This document shows positions 36,893 to 48,988 of a stretch of 64,000 nt of DNA, piece after piece. The notes beneath the pieces are model-generated. The model made no database searches, had not been told where the DNA came from, and saw only the letters and a program-made list of their open reading frames with translations. Position numbers and translations under genes: made by a program. The DNA is from Selaginella moellendorffii. Its lineage: Eukaryota > Plantae > Lycopodiophyta. The DNA is taken from NCBI RefSeq assembly GCF_000143415.4, contig NW_003314287.1:1-64000 (forward strand). The letters are read 5' to 3'. Numbering within the stretch: position 1 is the first letter of the stretch; each line of letters opens with the position of its first letter.

Positions 36893-38130
36893 ATCTCCTC
36901 CTTGCTTGAGAAATCTGCAAAGACAACATTGTGAACAAAGAGCCGGCATGGCACCAACCGATTCTTCTTCTTGGCAACCAAGCCGGCTTTGTCCACCACT
37001 CTGAACATGCCCCTATTCTTCAGCCACTTCTCGAAAGCCTCATCTGTCCTCACAGTGTAGCTGGGTTTTCCAAGCGGGAACCAGATGTCACAGTTCCTCT
37101 GGAGGGACCTGTCTCTTTCTGTGCTCTCTCACTGAGATCCTCCACAATCATCTGAAAAGAATGGAGTGACAATGGATCATGTCATAAAGAGCATCATATC
37201 ACCTTGTTGGCCTTCTCACGGCTCATCCCCAGGCTCCAGCACGCCTGGGACACGCTGGTGCTCGTCAACCCCTCCATTCTCATGTTGGGGAAGATCCAGT
37301 TCATGCTGGAACTTACCAGCGTCCCGTTCTTCCATAGCAGTGACCCAAAATCACGTAGCACACTCTCAAATCCCACATAGTTTGCATCACAGATGTTGGA
37401 AGTTGAGATGGTGTGGAGATCGTTGCCACTTTTCTTGAGCCGCCTGGCGACCTCGCAAGCATCAAGCCTGGAGAGGCGGATCTCTACGTCACAGCTCTGG
37501 ACCAGCGACAGGAACCTCTCCATCGATCCATACAAGTCCCTGGATCCAGCCTCGGCTTCCCACCCAGAGCTCATCACCTCCGCGAAGTCCCAGCCGAGCT
37601 CTGCGTTGCTCGGTCGAGCAGGACGTTGTTGCCGTTGGAGAAGCGCAGTTCGGCTGCAGGAAAACGGCAGGAGCTTACTGGTGATGAGCTTCCTGGTGAT
37701 GTAGGCAGCTCCCATTGAAGTCATTGTGCTGCGTCGCGGACCTCACTCTCGCCAGCTCCAAGTCCCGTGGCTTGAGCTCCGCGGTGAGATACTACATAAT
37801 CCCTCCCTAAGTGTTGTCCTCCATCTCGATACAAAGCTTGGAGCATCGTGAGCTCGAGCTGGAAAAGGCCGCTTCCAGCACGGGTCCGGTTTGGTCCGAA
37901 AAGGAGCGCATGCGAGCGACCTGGATGCCCGAGCGTCTCCAATATCCACACCGTTCGAGAGCGTCTTAGGCCACCACCTAGCAAGCCAGGTTCTGGGGCT
38001 TGGTCATCGCGAATGAATACCAGAGAGCTCGATCCCAGCAGCGCCATGCGCCATCCCGCACACGTAGCATCTCCAGGATCATGAAGTTGCGCTCTACAAC
38101 TTGGCTGTTGTAGTCATTGACGGATCTTCT
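36893..38130 (-). pseudogene. Frameshifted C-terminal part of a DUF4470-type protein
   Basis: Motifs LGWDFAEV..RDLYGS, ISTSNICDANYVG...FGSLL...TLVSSSMNW and GLVAKKKNRLVP recalled from DUF4470-containing proteins; split over several frames; 3' end abuts an LTR. Confidence 0.5.
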
Positions 38131-40499
38131 TAAGTAAAACAAAGAGTAGATCAATCATCGTTCTAGTTTCATGAAGGAAAAAAAAAAAAAAAAAACAAAG
38201 AACGAGAGTAGCGAACAAAAAAGGAAAAAGAAAGTGAAGGCAAGAGCCAAAGCAAGAAGTGGGAATAAAAGGAGAAGAAGAAAGACTAGCCTTTCGTGTC
38301 TAAACGACCAGGAAAAGTAATTAGACGAAGAAGACAAAGAACAAACAAAGTCGTGACAAAGAAAAGAAAAAAAGCAAAGCCTAGGAACAAAGGAGAAATG
38401 AAAGAATGTATACACTTCATTCTTAAGAAGATCATGAATCTGACTCTTAAGAATCTATATCATGAATCAATTCTTCATTCTTATAAATCATGAAAGAATG
38501 TACACTTCATTTTTTGCTAGTTTAGGAATGGACAACAGGTGTCTCGCTAGCTTTGGAACGTAAAGCACATTAGTAATTTCAAGGTGTAAAAGGGGAAAGA
38601 AAATTGTGCCAAATGCAATTATTCTCAATGTCTCACCACTTACTGTGCTTATGGAAATTGAGAACTACTTATTTTTTGGAAAAACAATTGTCCGAGGTCA
38701 CATGATTTGTTGCCCCATTATCCAGAAGACAGGTCTAGCTTTGACATTTCCCAAATTCAGCATAATCTGCAAAGTTTAAATAAGAAAAGATACCATTCAA
38801 CTCATCATCATCACTGATGTCAATTGACATTTCACAAGATGTCTCTGGCGTTTGAGATCTCCTTGTATGTTTGGACAGTTAGAGGCAAGATGACCAAAAC
38901 TACAACACTTATTGCATCTTGTGTTGCTGTACTTGATACAAGCTTGTGCCACTGAGTTCTGTTCAGCTGCTGTTCATGGGTGTTGGAGAATTAGTTGCTT
39001 AAATGTGCAACCAGAGTGGAAGATTCATCATCCTTAATAAAGATTGAAAAAAAGATATTAAAGAACAATGTTCCCCCACATATGCTAATGAGTGGTCACA
39101 AGATGACCACTTTTAGCATGGATAAGAGCGTGATAATAAGCAGAAACAAGGTGATATCTTTGTCTTGAAACTTGCATTTTCCCTGAAGACGTTGTTGAGA
39201 CTTGTGTAGTGATATATGTTCGCAATCCTGAGCTTTTTCCTCTACTCCTTCGTGCCACTTAACCATTTGTCTAAAGATGTTCATCTCCATCGCTAAGACT
39301 GCTCACAGGAAACTGACTGATACCATAATGGAACGATACAAGACTTTTATACAACTTATCCTCGCCTTTGATCATGGTGATTCTGGTCCAACACTTTTGC
39401 AGCCAGACGGTGTTCTAGGCATCACAGCATAAGCAATCATTGGATCAGTATGAAACAAAGTTTTGATTTCAAAATAGAAATCACCATGCGATCACAATCA
39501 ATCAGTTGCTCGAAAGTGGCTCACCCAGGAGTGGCACTGAGCTTGTGAAGCATGACGCAAGGGAAGTTCCAAGCGTCCAACCCAAGGCAGTACCAGGGAA
39601 GTATCACGAAGGCATGCGAGGACTACAAGAGGTAAATCGGCTTGTCTCCGGCTCCGCAAAGCTTCGATCCGCCTAAAGAGCTCTACTCGTCTTTTGCCTG
39701 CCGGAAAGCGATGATCGAAAACCGGTTCGAGGTATCCAGCTCTCCATCTTAGTCCAGGATTCTCTCAAAGTTATCCTCTCTTCGACACCGACAATTTTTT
39801 TTATCCTTCTGTTACAAATTTTGTCATGATGACATGACGTGAAAGTTGGCACGAGATAAATGAAGGTTCGAATCCCACTCTTAACACAGCTTCAAGAAAG
39901 AACAAATCATGGTTAATTTTGTATATAACTGCTGTGACAAAATCCATGGTGAGAACAAGATGGATCAGCGCTGCTGTTCACTTGATATTGCTTTTCAGTT
40001 TGGCATCCTGCTTGCCAATGCTGTCTACTTCGAAATGCATCAGTGAGTAAGTATACATCACAAACCCTTTCTCCAATCTCCAGTAACATGAGCCAGATCA
40101 TGTTGCAAGGCGAAACAGGAGATGATGAAAGATCAACAGTAGCATGCATGAAATCAATAGAGGACCAGAACAGTGGTAAAACCTGCAAGGGTAATGGCTA
40201 AAACAGGCAATATGACCACAATTGTAACAACGATTGTTAGAACAACCTCATGAGTGAAGGAATCTTGTGGAAAAAAGGACCTCTTGTAGGTGTGAGCCTA
40301 ATGGAGAGCGGTCTTGGACATGGACTTTAGGTTATGGATAGTATAACCTTATATATTAAGTATTTTTATTTTATAATTATATATTGAAAAAGTAATTAGA
40401 AAAAATGTGCAAAAAATATTTTTTCTTATAAAAGGTATATGCTTAAGAGAACCCACTCTTTTGCCTTTTGACATTTCCATGGAATATGCTCCCCAACTG

Positions 40500-40836
40500 G
40501 TCAAATGGTTTTCCAACAGTGACAAGCTCCTCCACCTCCAATCTGCCCAATCCAGTCGTATGGAGCAGGTAGGGCATTTGGTCTGCTCCATTTGTCAGAA
40601 ACTCCAACTCTTCCTCGCTGATCTTTGCTTGCAGAAAAGAGGAGGTAAGACACGCTCAAAATAAAAAGGTAGAGACGAAGAGCACCTTGATAAGGTCGGC
40701 TTTGTTCCAAATGCTAAGAATGCCGATCCGGGCATCTTCGGGCGTTGGCATAAGGGGAAGTCTCAAATTGGGATCGTAAGACAACAATGCACCAGCCGAC
40801 TTTGCGATGTCCATGGATTCCACGACAGGTGCCCTA
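40500..40836 (-). pseudogene. Fructokinase (pfkB) gene fragment, two exons
   Basis: [18 protein letters not shown]...[16 protein letters not shown] then ISEEELEFLT; rest of the gene not found. Confidence 0.75.
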
Positions 40837-41479
40837 CAAACCCAAAATAGATTGACATTTATTAATATAAAGTTAAATAACTTCATGGATATTCTTGGAA
40901 TTTGATATTTTGGGCTGGATCAAAGTTGCATCTAGTGTTCCTTGCTATACTTTTCGTTTCCATGGAATTTAATCTCTCATTGAAGATCAAGTGTGACAAG
41001 ATCCGGGTGCTGCCATTTGCAAAGGCGCTGTGACACTCGGGCTTGGGAGAATCTCCAAGAAGTGGTACGATATCTGCATTTATCTGGGAATGCAGATAAA
41101 TCTTCACCAAAGTACACAACAGTTCCGGGGTGCGAGCATTTACACAGTTTTGCGTTCGACATCAGCAAAGATCTTGTTAAGGGAATTGATCGTCAAGTTC
41201 TCCACTCAAGTGTGCGGACAACTATCGAAGTCTATGCGAAGATCTGTCGCGTTGACGAGGAGGTCTCGCGGTTGACCAGAAAGAGAAAAAAGTAGCTCCG
41301 AAGTCCTCCATGAATGCTCCAGATGTATAGTGATAGAACACACTTGTGCCATTCGTCCAGCATCGCTGAAAATCAACTCGATCATAGAAGTCTCATACCT
41401 GGAGGATAGTCCTCTGCTCCGTGTTTCTACAAAGTGCCAAAGTTTGAACAAGTTTATGAGCAGCATGAGAAGCTCCACG

Positions 41480-43495
41480 ATGTCCTGAAAGTTGGGTCAG
41501 TATTGTCTCGGGCGCTTCTATTGCGACCGCTTCCGCATGACTCGATCGCTCTCAACTAAGGCTTCAACGATTTCTCTCCATTTCTCTTCTCACCAGCAAT
41601 GCCTTTGTGTTTACGAGTTAGGCTCTCTCCATCGCCAGCGCTCTACATCTCTTGCTGGTGATGGTGACGCTTGGCAGAGGGAAGAGCTCTACATGGTCAC
41701 ATCCTTGAGAAGGGCTATGAATCCAACACAATGTTGGCCACTCTTCTCCACATGTATAGCAGGTGCCATACGGTGCCAGAGCTTGGAAGACATGCGGAAA
41801 GCATTCGATAGGCCGTCGTGGGATGGACGATAGTCATCTTTGCATTTTCCAGACGAGGCATTGCGGCTCCTTGGCGAGATGCGTCGAGAAAGTAGCGCCC
41901 AGCAAGATCACTTTCCTGGCGCTTGCTCGAGTTCTTTTGGAGTTGGGGCAAGAGATGTTTCTTGACCGGTGTGTCGAAGAACTCGGCTTCCTTTTGGCCA
42001 CTGCTCTCCTCAACAGGTATGGGAAGTGTGGACAGCGAGGAGTTGCTTGACAAGATTACTCCCAGGGAAGTTCTGGTGTGGAACTCGCTGCTCGGTGTTT
42101 ACTTGAAAGTCTGAATACCTCCGAGCTGCATCGCGTTGGCAATATATCATATATGCCGCGATCGAAGTGTTCCATAGGACAGCGTCCACTTCGAAAAGCA
42201 TTCAAAAACCGTCCTGAAAAGCATTGCACTTCGCGTACATGTTCACAAGAGAAATACCAACGTCAGGAACACACAAAGGGATAAGCTGACCAGGTCGTAG
42301 AGACTCCAGCGACGCGCAGGAATGGTGACCAAAGTCCCGATTGCTTGGCCCTCTTGGTTCATGCCCTGCAAGATCTCTACGCTGGAAATGCCCACGCTGC
42401 GTGTTTGTGACACCCCTGACGCTTTGCCTCAGGGACGCTTGATTCGTGACTGTATCATGGAGAGTCAGATGACATCGTACTCAACAACGCAATTGTAATT
42501 AACATGAATGCTGCAGGCTCGAAAATTGTTTGACAGAAACAAGTCCATTCACTGGTGGTCGAGCAGAGGCTCCGAGGAATCGAGGATGACGACTCAGTTG
42601 CAAATGCACTTGTAAGCCTGTACGGCGAATGTGGACGATTTCTACAGGACCCAGCACCTACGCACATCACGGCCAGCATAACGACGTGCTCAGGTTCTTC
42701 CAAAAGAGATAAGCTTCGTCACCATCCCAACGTGTGTGGGAGCTTGGCGAGCTTGACAGCGAGCAAGCATCTCCTTGCGTGTGCCGTAGAGAGTGGCCTC
42801 CAACACCGACAGCCAAGTGGCCAATACCATCGTCAGCATAAAGCAGGTATGGGAGCCTCGAGTTGGCTCGTTCGTTCTTCGACAAGCTGAGAAAGAAGGA
42901 CCTTGTCTCATGGAACACAATGCTAGCTGCGTACGCCTGCAGCGGCCGGGGTCTTGAAGCTCTCAAGCTCTTCTACCAATGCAACATATACAGGGCAGTG
43001 TGAAGTGAGCTACCTCAGCATTCTCTCGCCCTGCAGCCATGCCGGAATAGCAGCTCGGGCCTGCGACTACTACGTGACCCGTGAAGCCAAGCTCGGCGCA
43101 CATCATCGATCTCCTACTTGGCCGACTGGACGAGGCCGAGGAGTTTATATATCACAGGCCAGCTTGTGGATGACTTTACTCGGGAGTGTAGAGCCCATCT
43201 CGCGACCGCGGCCAGCGTGCTGCGGAGAAAGTGTTGGAGCTTACTGCTCACAATCCAGGGGCCTACGTCGTGCTGTGCAACATCTACGCCGCGGCTGGAA
43301 GGCACAGCGCCGCCGCTCAAGCTCCAGGGCCGCGGAGATTTACGCAAAGCTGGGGAAGCTTGGGAGGGAGATGGAGAGATGCCGTCCAGGATACAAAGAT
43401 GGTCCATGGACTAGGATGATCGTTTCTTCGCCGCTGAGGATCATAAAGAACTTGCGAGTATGTGGGGATTGTCACACGGCCAATAAGTTCATGGA
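41480..43495 (+). pseudogene. PPR-E-DYW RNA-editing factor pseudogene
   Basis: PPR remnants (VANALVSLYGECG, SYLSILSPCSHAG), E motif (PGAYVVLCNIYAAAGR), DYW motif PLRIIKNLRVCGDCH; many frameshifts. Confidence 0.85.
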
Positions 43496-44474
43496 CATAT
43501 TGGTTTATTTAAGCATATTCCAAATAATGAGGCTTCAAACAAAGGTTTTCTTGTTAACATTCACCAATTCTATCTTGATTAAAATTCACAAGGCGACCTC
43601 ATTGTGGCTTTACTTTTCTCAAATCATGACCATCACATGATGATACTTCACGTGCTTAGAGATCCTCAGGTCTTTGGCACTTTTACTCGTTGTAATTGTA
43701 GTTCTAATGGCTTGGTATGAGAATGAGGGACCATTCATGAAAAAGAAATTTAATCTTCCCCGAAACTTATAAGTTCGATAGAAAAGTCTTTATATTTTTG
43801 TCTTCCAGATCATTCAACGCAAGCAAGCAGCGCGAGCAAGCAAGCACCTCAAGCAAAAGATAGTAAACATACAAGAGAGAAATCATTTTCACCACTGTAC
43901 GCCCCAACATGTGCTTTGTCACTAGCCCAGCACAACATTATCACAGGCTTTCGTGCTCGATTCTCCAACCATCCATAGCTGGCCTGGAGCAAAACCGAAA
44001 AATCAAATACAAAAACAAAAACTGGAAGAGCCAACCAAAAGAGAGAGAGAACAAAAAGAGAGTTGAAAGCACCTTGCAGCATTCTCTGGCAGCTTATATA
44101 ATTCCAAGATCTCATCCCTGAGAAGTGCAAAGTTTAACCAACACCAACAGAGAAGAGAAAAGAGGAACTTACTTCTCTCGACGATCACAGGGCCAAGCCA
44201 CCCTTTTGGTAGGAGCCAGAGGCAAGCTACCTCTTCTCGCCTTTAGTGTGGTGTCCATCCACCTCTCGCGACTACTTGTCTTGCAGTGCTAGAAGCCATG
44301 TCGTCTACGCTGGCCGAGGAAATCTGGCCCAGTCTGGATTCATAACCTTGTCGTTTCCAGCTTGTTCACCCCCCCTTCTCTGCGTCACTTCTTCCTTCTT
44401 CTGCCAAATTCTTTCCCGACGATCTCGTCAAGTAGCTCCTCTTCCTGTACGCTGCTTGTGAATTCTTTCCTTGC

Positions 44475-47164
44475 ATGGATCAAGAGGCCCCGACCAATCC
44501 TGATCTCGTAGCGCCGCTGCTTGGCGTATCCGAGGATGATAAATCCAAGATCTTCGACAAAGGCGTGTCGCATCTCACTGTCTTCCAGACACCGGATAGG
44601 CTTTTCGAAAGCCTGGACTACGAGTAAGTTACTCTGTTCCTTTTCCTCCTGTTCCTGATCTGCCTGGATCCCAATTCCCCCCAGGATCATCGAGAACGAT
44701 CTCTTCAAACAGGACTGGCGAGCGCGAAAGAAGGAAGAAGTCTTCCTCTACATTGTCACCAAATGGGCCTTCGCGTTCCTGACCGGGTTCATTATCGGTG
44801 CCGCCGCACTTATCATCAACTTCAGCGTCGAGAACATAGCTGGAGCCAAATGGCTTGTTGCGTCAAGCTACATGACCTCTGGCAGGTAGAGTCACTCGGT
44901 CGAACTCTGGCTCCAATTCTTTTCGTTTGCGATCCATCTTTTCCCCCCTCCAAACCGTGCTGTTTTTCTCTTTAGGACCATGACTGCCTTTGCCATTTTC
45001 ACCGCATTGAATACAGGACTGGTCTTCCTGGGAGCAGCCATGACTGTTTACCTTGCTCCATCAGCAGCCGGATCTGGAGTTCCAGAGAGCAAAGCTTATC
45101 TCAATGGGATTGATGCACCACGAATCCTGGAACCAATTACAATGGTCATCAAGGTAAGCAAAAAGATAGATCTCCGAGGTAAAAAAGGCACTGAAGATGA
45201 TTACCTGTGGTCGAGTAGCTACTTGGAAGTATCTGTGTCGTCTCGGCAGGACTGTATCTCGGTAAGGAAGGGCCACTTATCCATATCGGATCCTGCGTAG
45301 CATATTTCCTCGGCCAAGGTGGCTCCCTGCGCTATCATATGAACTGGAGATGGCTGCGAGTTTTCAAGAACGATCGAGACCGGCGAGATCTTGTTACCTG
45401 TGGCTGTGCCGGAGGAGTTGCAGCGGCGTTTCGAGCACCGATTGGAGGAGTTCTATTTGCACTCGAGGAAGTAACTTCATGGTACGTTGTATCTTCTGCT
45501 CCGCCTTGTTTTCCTGATTCAAACCTGTAGGTGGCGGAGTGCTCTTTTGTGGAGAGCTTTCTTCACAACTGCCGTTGTCGCGGTCATGTTGCAGCTCGGC
45601 AAGCAATTCTGTGCCCAGGGAATCTGTGGTCTTTTCGGAGAAGGCGGTCTCATCATGTTCGATATCAGCCACGCTTACGGCCAATTTGGACTGCTCGACT
45701 TGTTCCCCGTTGTCATCTTGGGAGTCCTCGGAGGAATCCTTGGCAGCGTCTTTAACAAGCTCAACACTCGTGTCACCAAGTGCTACATCTACTGGTATCT
45801 CAGGTAAGAAACATTTCAAGTTTTCCTGCGAGAAATCAAACGCGGGGTTATTCACAGAAAGCCACCATGCGTCAAAGTTATACATGCCTGCTTGATGGCC
45901 ATTCTCACGTCCGCCTGCTGCTTCTGGCTTCCATTTCTGGTTAAGTGCAGACCCTGCCCCGATTTATCTGATATTCCAGGATATAAATGTCCAACCCACG
46001 GACAAACAGGAAACTTCAAAGGCTTCAACTGTCCTGCCGGCCAATATAACGATCTCGCTGGCCTATTCTTCGCCACCAAAGATGACGCCGTTAGAAACCT
46101 CTTCAGTTTTAAAACGTACCGGGAGTATCACTACAGGTCCATTCTGGTTTTCTTCGGCGTATCCTTCATATTTTCCCTGATAACTTACGGGATTGCGGTG
46201 CCATCCGGCCTGTTTATACCGTTGATCATCAATGGAGCTTCACTGGGCCGGCTGGTTGGCATGATTATGACCACCACGACCGGCAACAAAATGGACGAGG
46301 GCTACTTCGCTGTTCTTGGTGCTGCAGCATTCCTCGGAGGAACCATGCGAATGACAGTTTCTCTTTGCGTCATTCTTCTCGAGCTCACGAACAACATGCT
46401 GATGCTACCAATGATCATGCTGGTACTGCTTATTGCAAAAACGGTCGGTGACATCTTCAACTCCGCCATCTGGGAAATGTACGTCAAGATCAAAGGATAT
46501 CCAATACTGGAAGCAAAGCCCGAGCCTTTCATGCAGCAGCTTACAGCCAAAGATGCGGTAACAACATCCGTGGTTTCACTGTCGCCAGTCGAGCAAGTGT
46601 CAACGGTACTAATGGTTCTGAGGAACACCACGCACAACGCCTTTCCTGTCATCGGAGAGTCCAGCACGACTGGAAGGAAAGTTTTCCTGGGCCTGGTACT
46701 GCGATCACACTTGCTGGTACTGCTGAAAAACAAGGCCTTCCATTACGCATCAAGTGGCTCTGCAGAAAATTCGAAAATGTTACAGTTCACGGACTTTGCA
46801 AAACCAGCGACAGGAAAGTCTTTAAAGATCGAGGATATAGACTTACGTCCCGAGGAGGAGCTGGAGTTCATCAACGTCCGACACATCACAAACGGATCAC
46901 CGTATACTGTCCTTGAATCGGCATCACTGGCGAAGGCCTACACGTTGTTCCGAGACCTGGGACTTCGACACCTTTGCGTAGTTCCCCGTGAACCAGAGGT
47001 AAGATACGCTTTCTCAGCCTTTGGTATAAGCTCTATTGTGATTGCAGGAAGAGCCGATCATCGGGGTGCTCACTCGACATAATTTTCTCCACGAGAATCT
47101 ACAGAACCTGTTCCCATATCTTATGCCCAAAAAACAAGCCGCCGGCAAAACCATTCTTATGTAA
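44475..47164 (+). CDS. CLC: CLC chloride channel / anion-proton antiporter with CBS domains (multi-exon)
   Basis: ESLDYE, GSGVPE, GKEGP, FALEEV, PSGLFIP and CBS region; short GT-AG introns. Confidence 0.95.
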
Positions 47165-47299
47165 GTAAAGTCGCAAGCAAGATTGTTGAGCTCGAAAGAT
47201 TGGAGCTTTTGGACCAGTCGATTCCAGATTTTCAGGCCCACTGCGACGACGTTGCATTATCAGTGTCGCCTTCGAGCTTTTTGGTGTTGTCGTAAACCA

Positions 47300-48817
47300 T
47301 TTAAGTTTCCTGCAACTGCCTACCCATTCTTTCCTGCTTCTTTCGGCCACTTCCTGTTATCCCTTCCTCACCAAAGTCACCGAGATCTACACAGGTATGT
47401 AATCCAAGGCTGTTCTGCTAAATGGTCGGTTAACATCGAATCTCCATCAGCGTTGATCAGACAAACATCCATTGCGTCCATTGATAAAACTCCAACGTCT
47501 AACCCGGTCGGATAATCAGAGTCCTTGGGAATAACATTTGCGGCAATGTCGTGCGGTTGCATTTGAAGATTCTCCAAAACAGTCTCCGTAAATGCATTTC
47601 CCGTGTGATCGTAAAGTATGATAGATAGCGGTTGATCAGCCGCTGGAAATAAAGAAAAGAGATCAAATAATTAGACAACCGTATCACTCACCAATATCTC
47701 TTGCGGCTTCAACGTCACCAGAAAAATCACCGCCACATCCAAAGACCGCAAACGCCCTACTTCTGAAGCAGTTCATGGGAACCAGCAGAAAGTACTCTTC
47801 ACTACCTGCAAAGAACAAAAAGATCTTAGTTTGTAATAAAACACCGAAACACCTACCTTTAGCAGGAGTCACTGATGTGAGAATACTTGTACTGCAACCA
47901 TTGCCGCCGTCAGACATTAACTTTAACAGCTTAAGTGCTTGAGCGGGAGTAAGAACCCGAAGTTTGTTCTTTGCGGAGCCCGGTGGCCTTTCTCTTTCTC
48001 CGCCTTTCCACGCTGCACAATGTTTCCATAAGTGAAGGTGAAAATGCACGAAAGAAGAAAAAATTCCTTACCTTGCAGGAGCAACGCTACTAACAAAACG
48101 ATCAAAACCATGAAGAAGCTCCCACTACCAGCAAGAACCCTGTACAAAAGATAGACTTGGTCTTCGAGCTTTCTCACATATTCTCCCACGGTTGCATTAG
48201 CATACGCGTTTTGGAGCCTGGACTACACAGCATTAGGAGAAAGAATCCATTGGTGGTGTACTTTACCTGCAGGAAGCTAGAGCATCGTCCAGATATTCGG
48301 CCTGTCCATCCCGAGAGCTCGATCGATCAGGCATGAGCTCCACCAAGCTTCGATCTTCTTGGCACTTGACAGTAGCAGCGGCCTTCTTCTCCAACTCACA
48401 CTGCGCAATGCTGATCTTCTTCTCACACATTTGCTTCCAGTAGGCGGCGTTCGCCAGTGATTTCTCTTGAGCGGAGACGAAGCGCAGCTCCAGCGCTATT
48501 TTCTCTCGATCGCACTCTTGCTGGCAATCCCTTCGCTTCTCCTCACAATATTTCAGCCCATCCCAGCACGAACCTTTCTCCGCAATGCTGCTCGCGAGAT
48601 CCTCCCGCGCCACTCGCGCCTGTCTCACGGCGTCCTGCGCCACCGCATTGCACCAGGAATCCACCAGCGGAACCACAAACCCTGGCAAATCCTTCCCTGT
48701 CTTCCACATCGCGGCATCGCACAGCGCCGATCCCTTCACTGCCAATCCATCGCCATGGGACCCGTGGACGACCGCGAGAGGAGCAAGAAGGCGCAAGAGA
48801 ACAAACATTGCGCGCAT
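47300..48817 (-). CDS. Uncharacterised multi-exon protein (signal peptide, coiled coil, transmembrane segment); 3' end uncertain
   Basis: 184-aa first-exon ORF ending at a GT donor; downstream exon with a hydrophobic stretch (47923-48189); no family recognised. Confidence 0.5.
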
Positions 48818-48988
48818 TGCTCGTGTGCTCTAAAACCCTAGAAGTGACGTGGGCGGCGTGGATGAATAGGATTGGCTCATTTCGTCCACGTCAATTGCGT
48901 AGCTTTTCTCGCGTTGTGTGATGATCAAAGGAGAAATCGCGCTCGTTCTAGCGCTAGGTCACAAATTCTAGCCGAGACATCTCGCTAG

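Noticed and set aside
39913-40260. Hydrophobic fragments resembling a transporter
   Set aside because: Too degraded to assign without a search.
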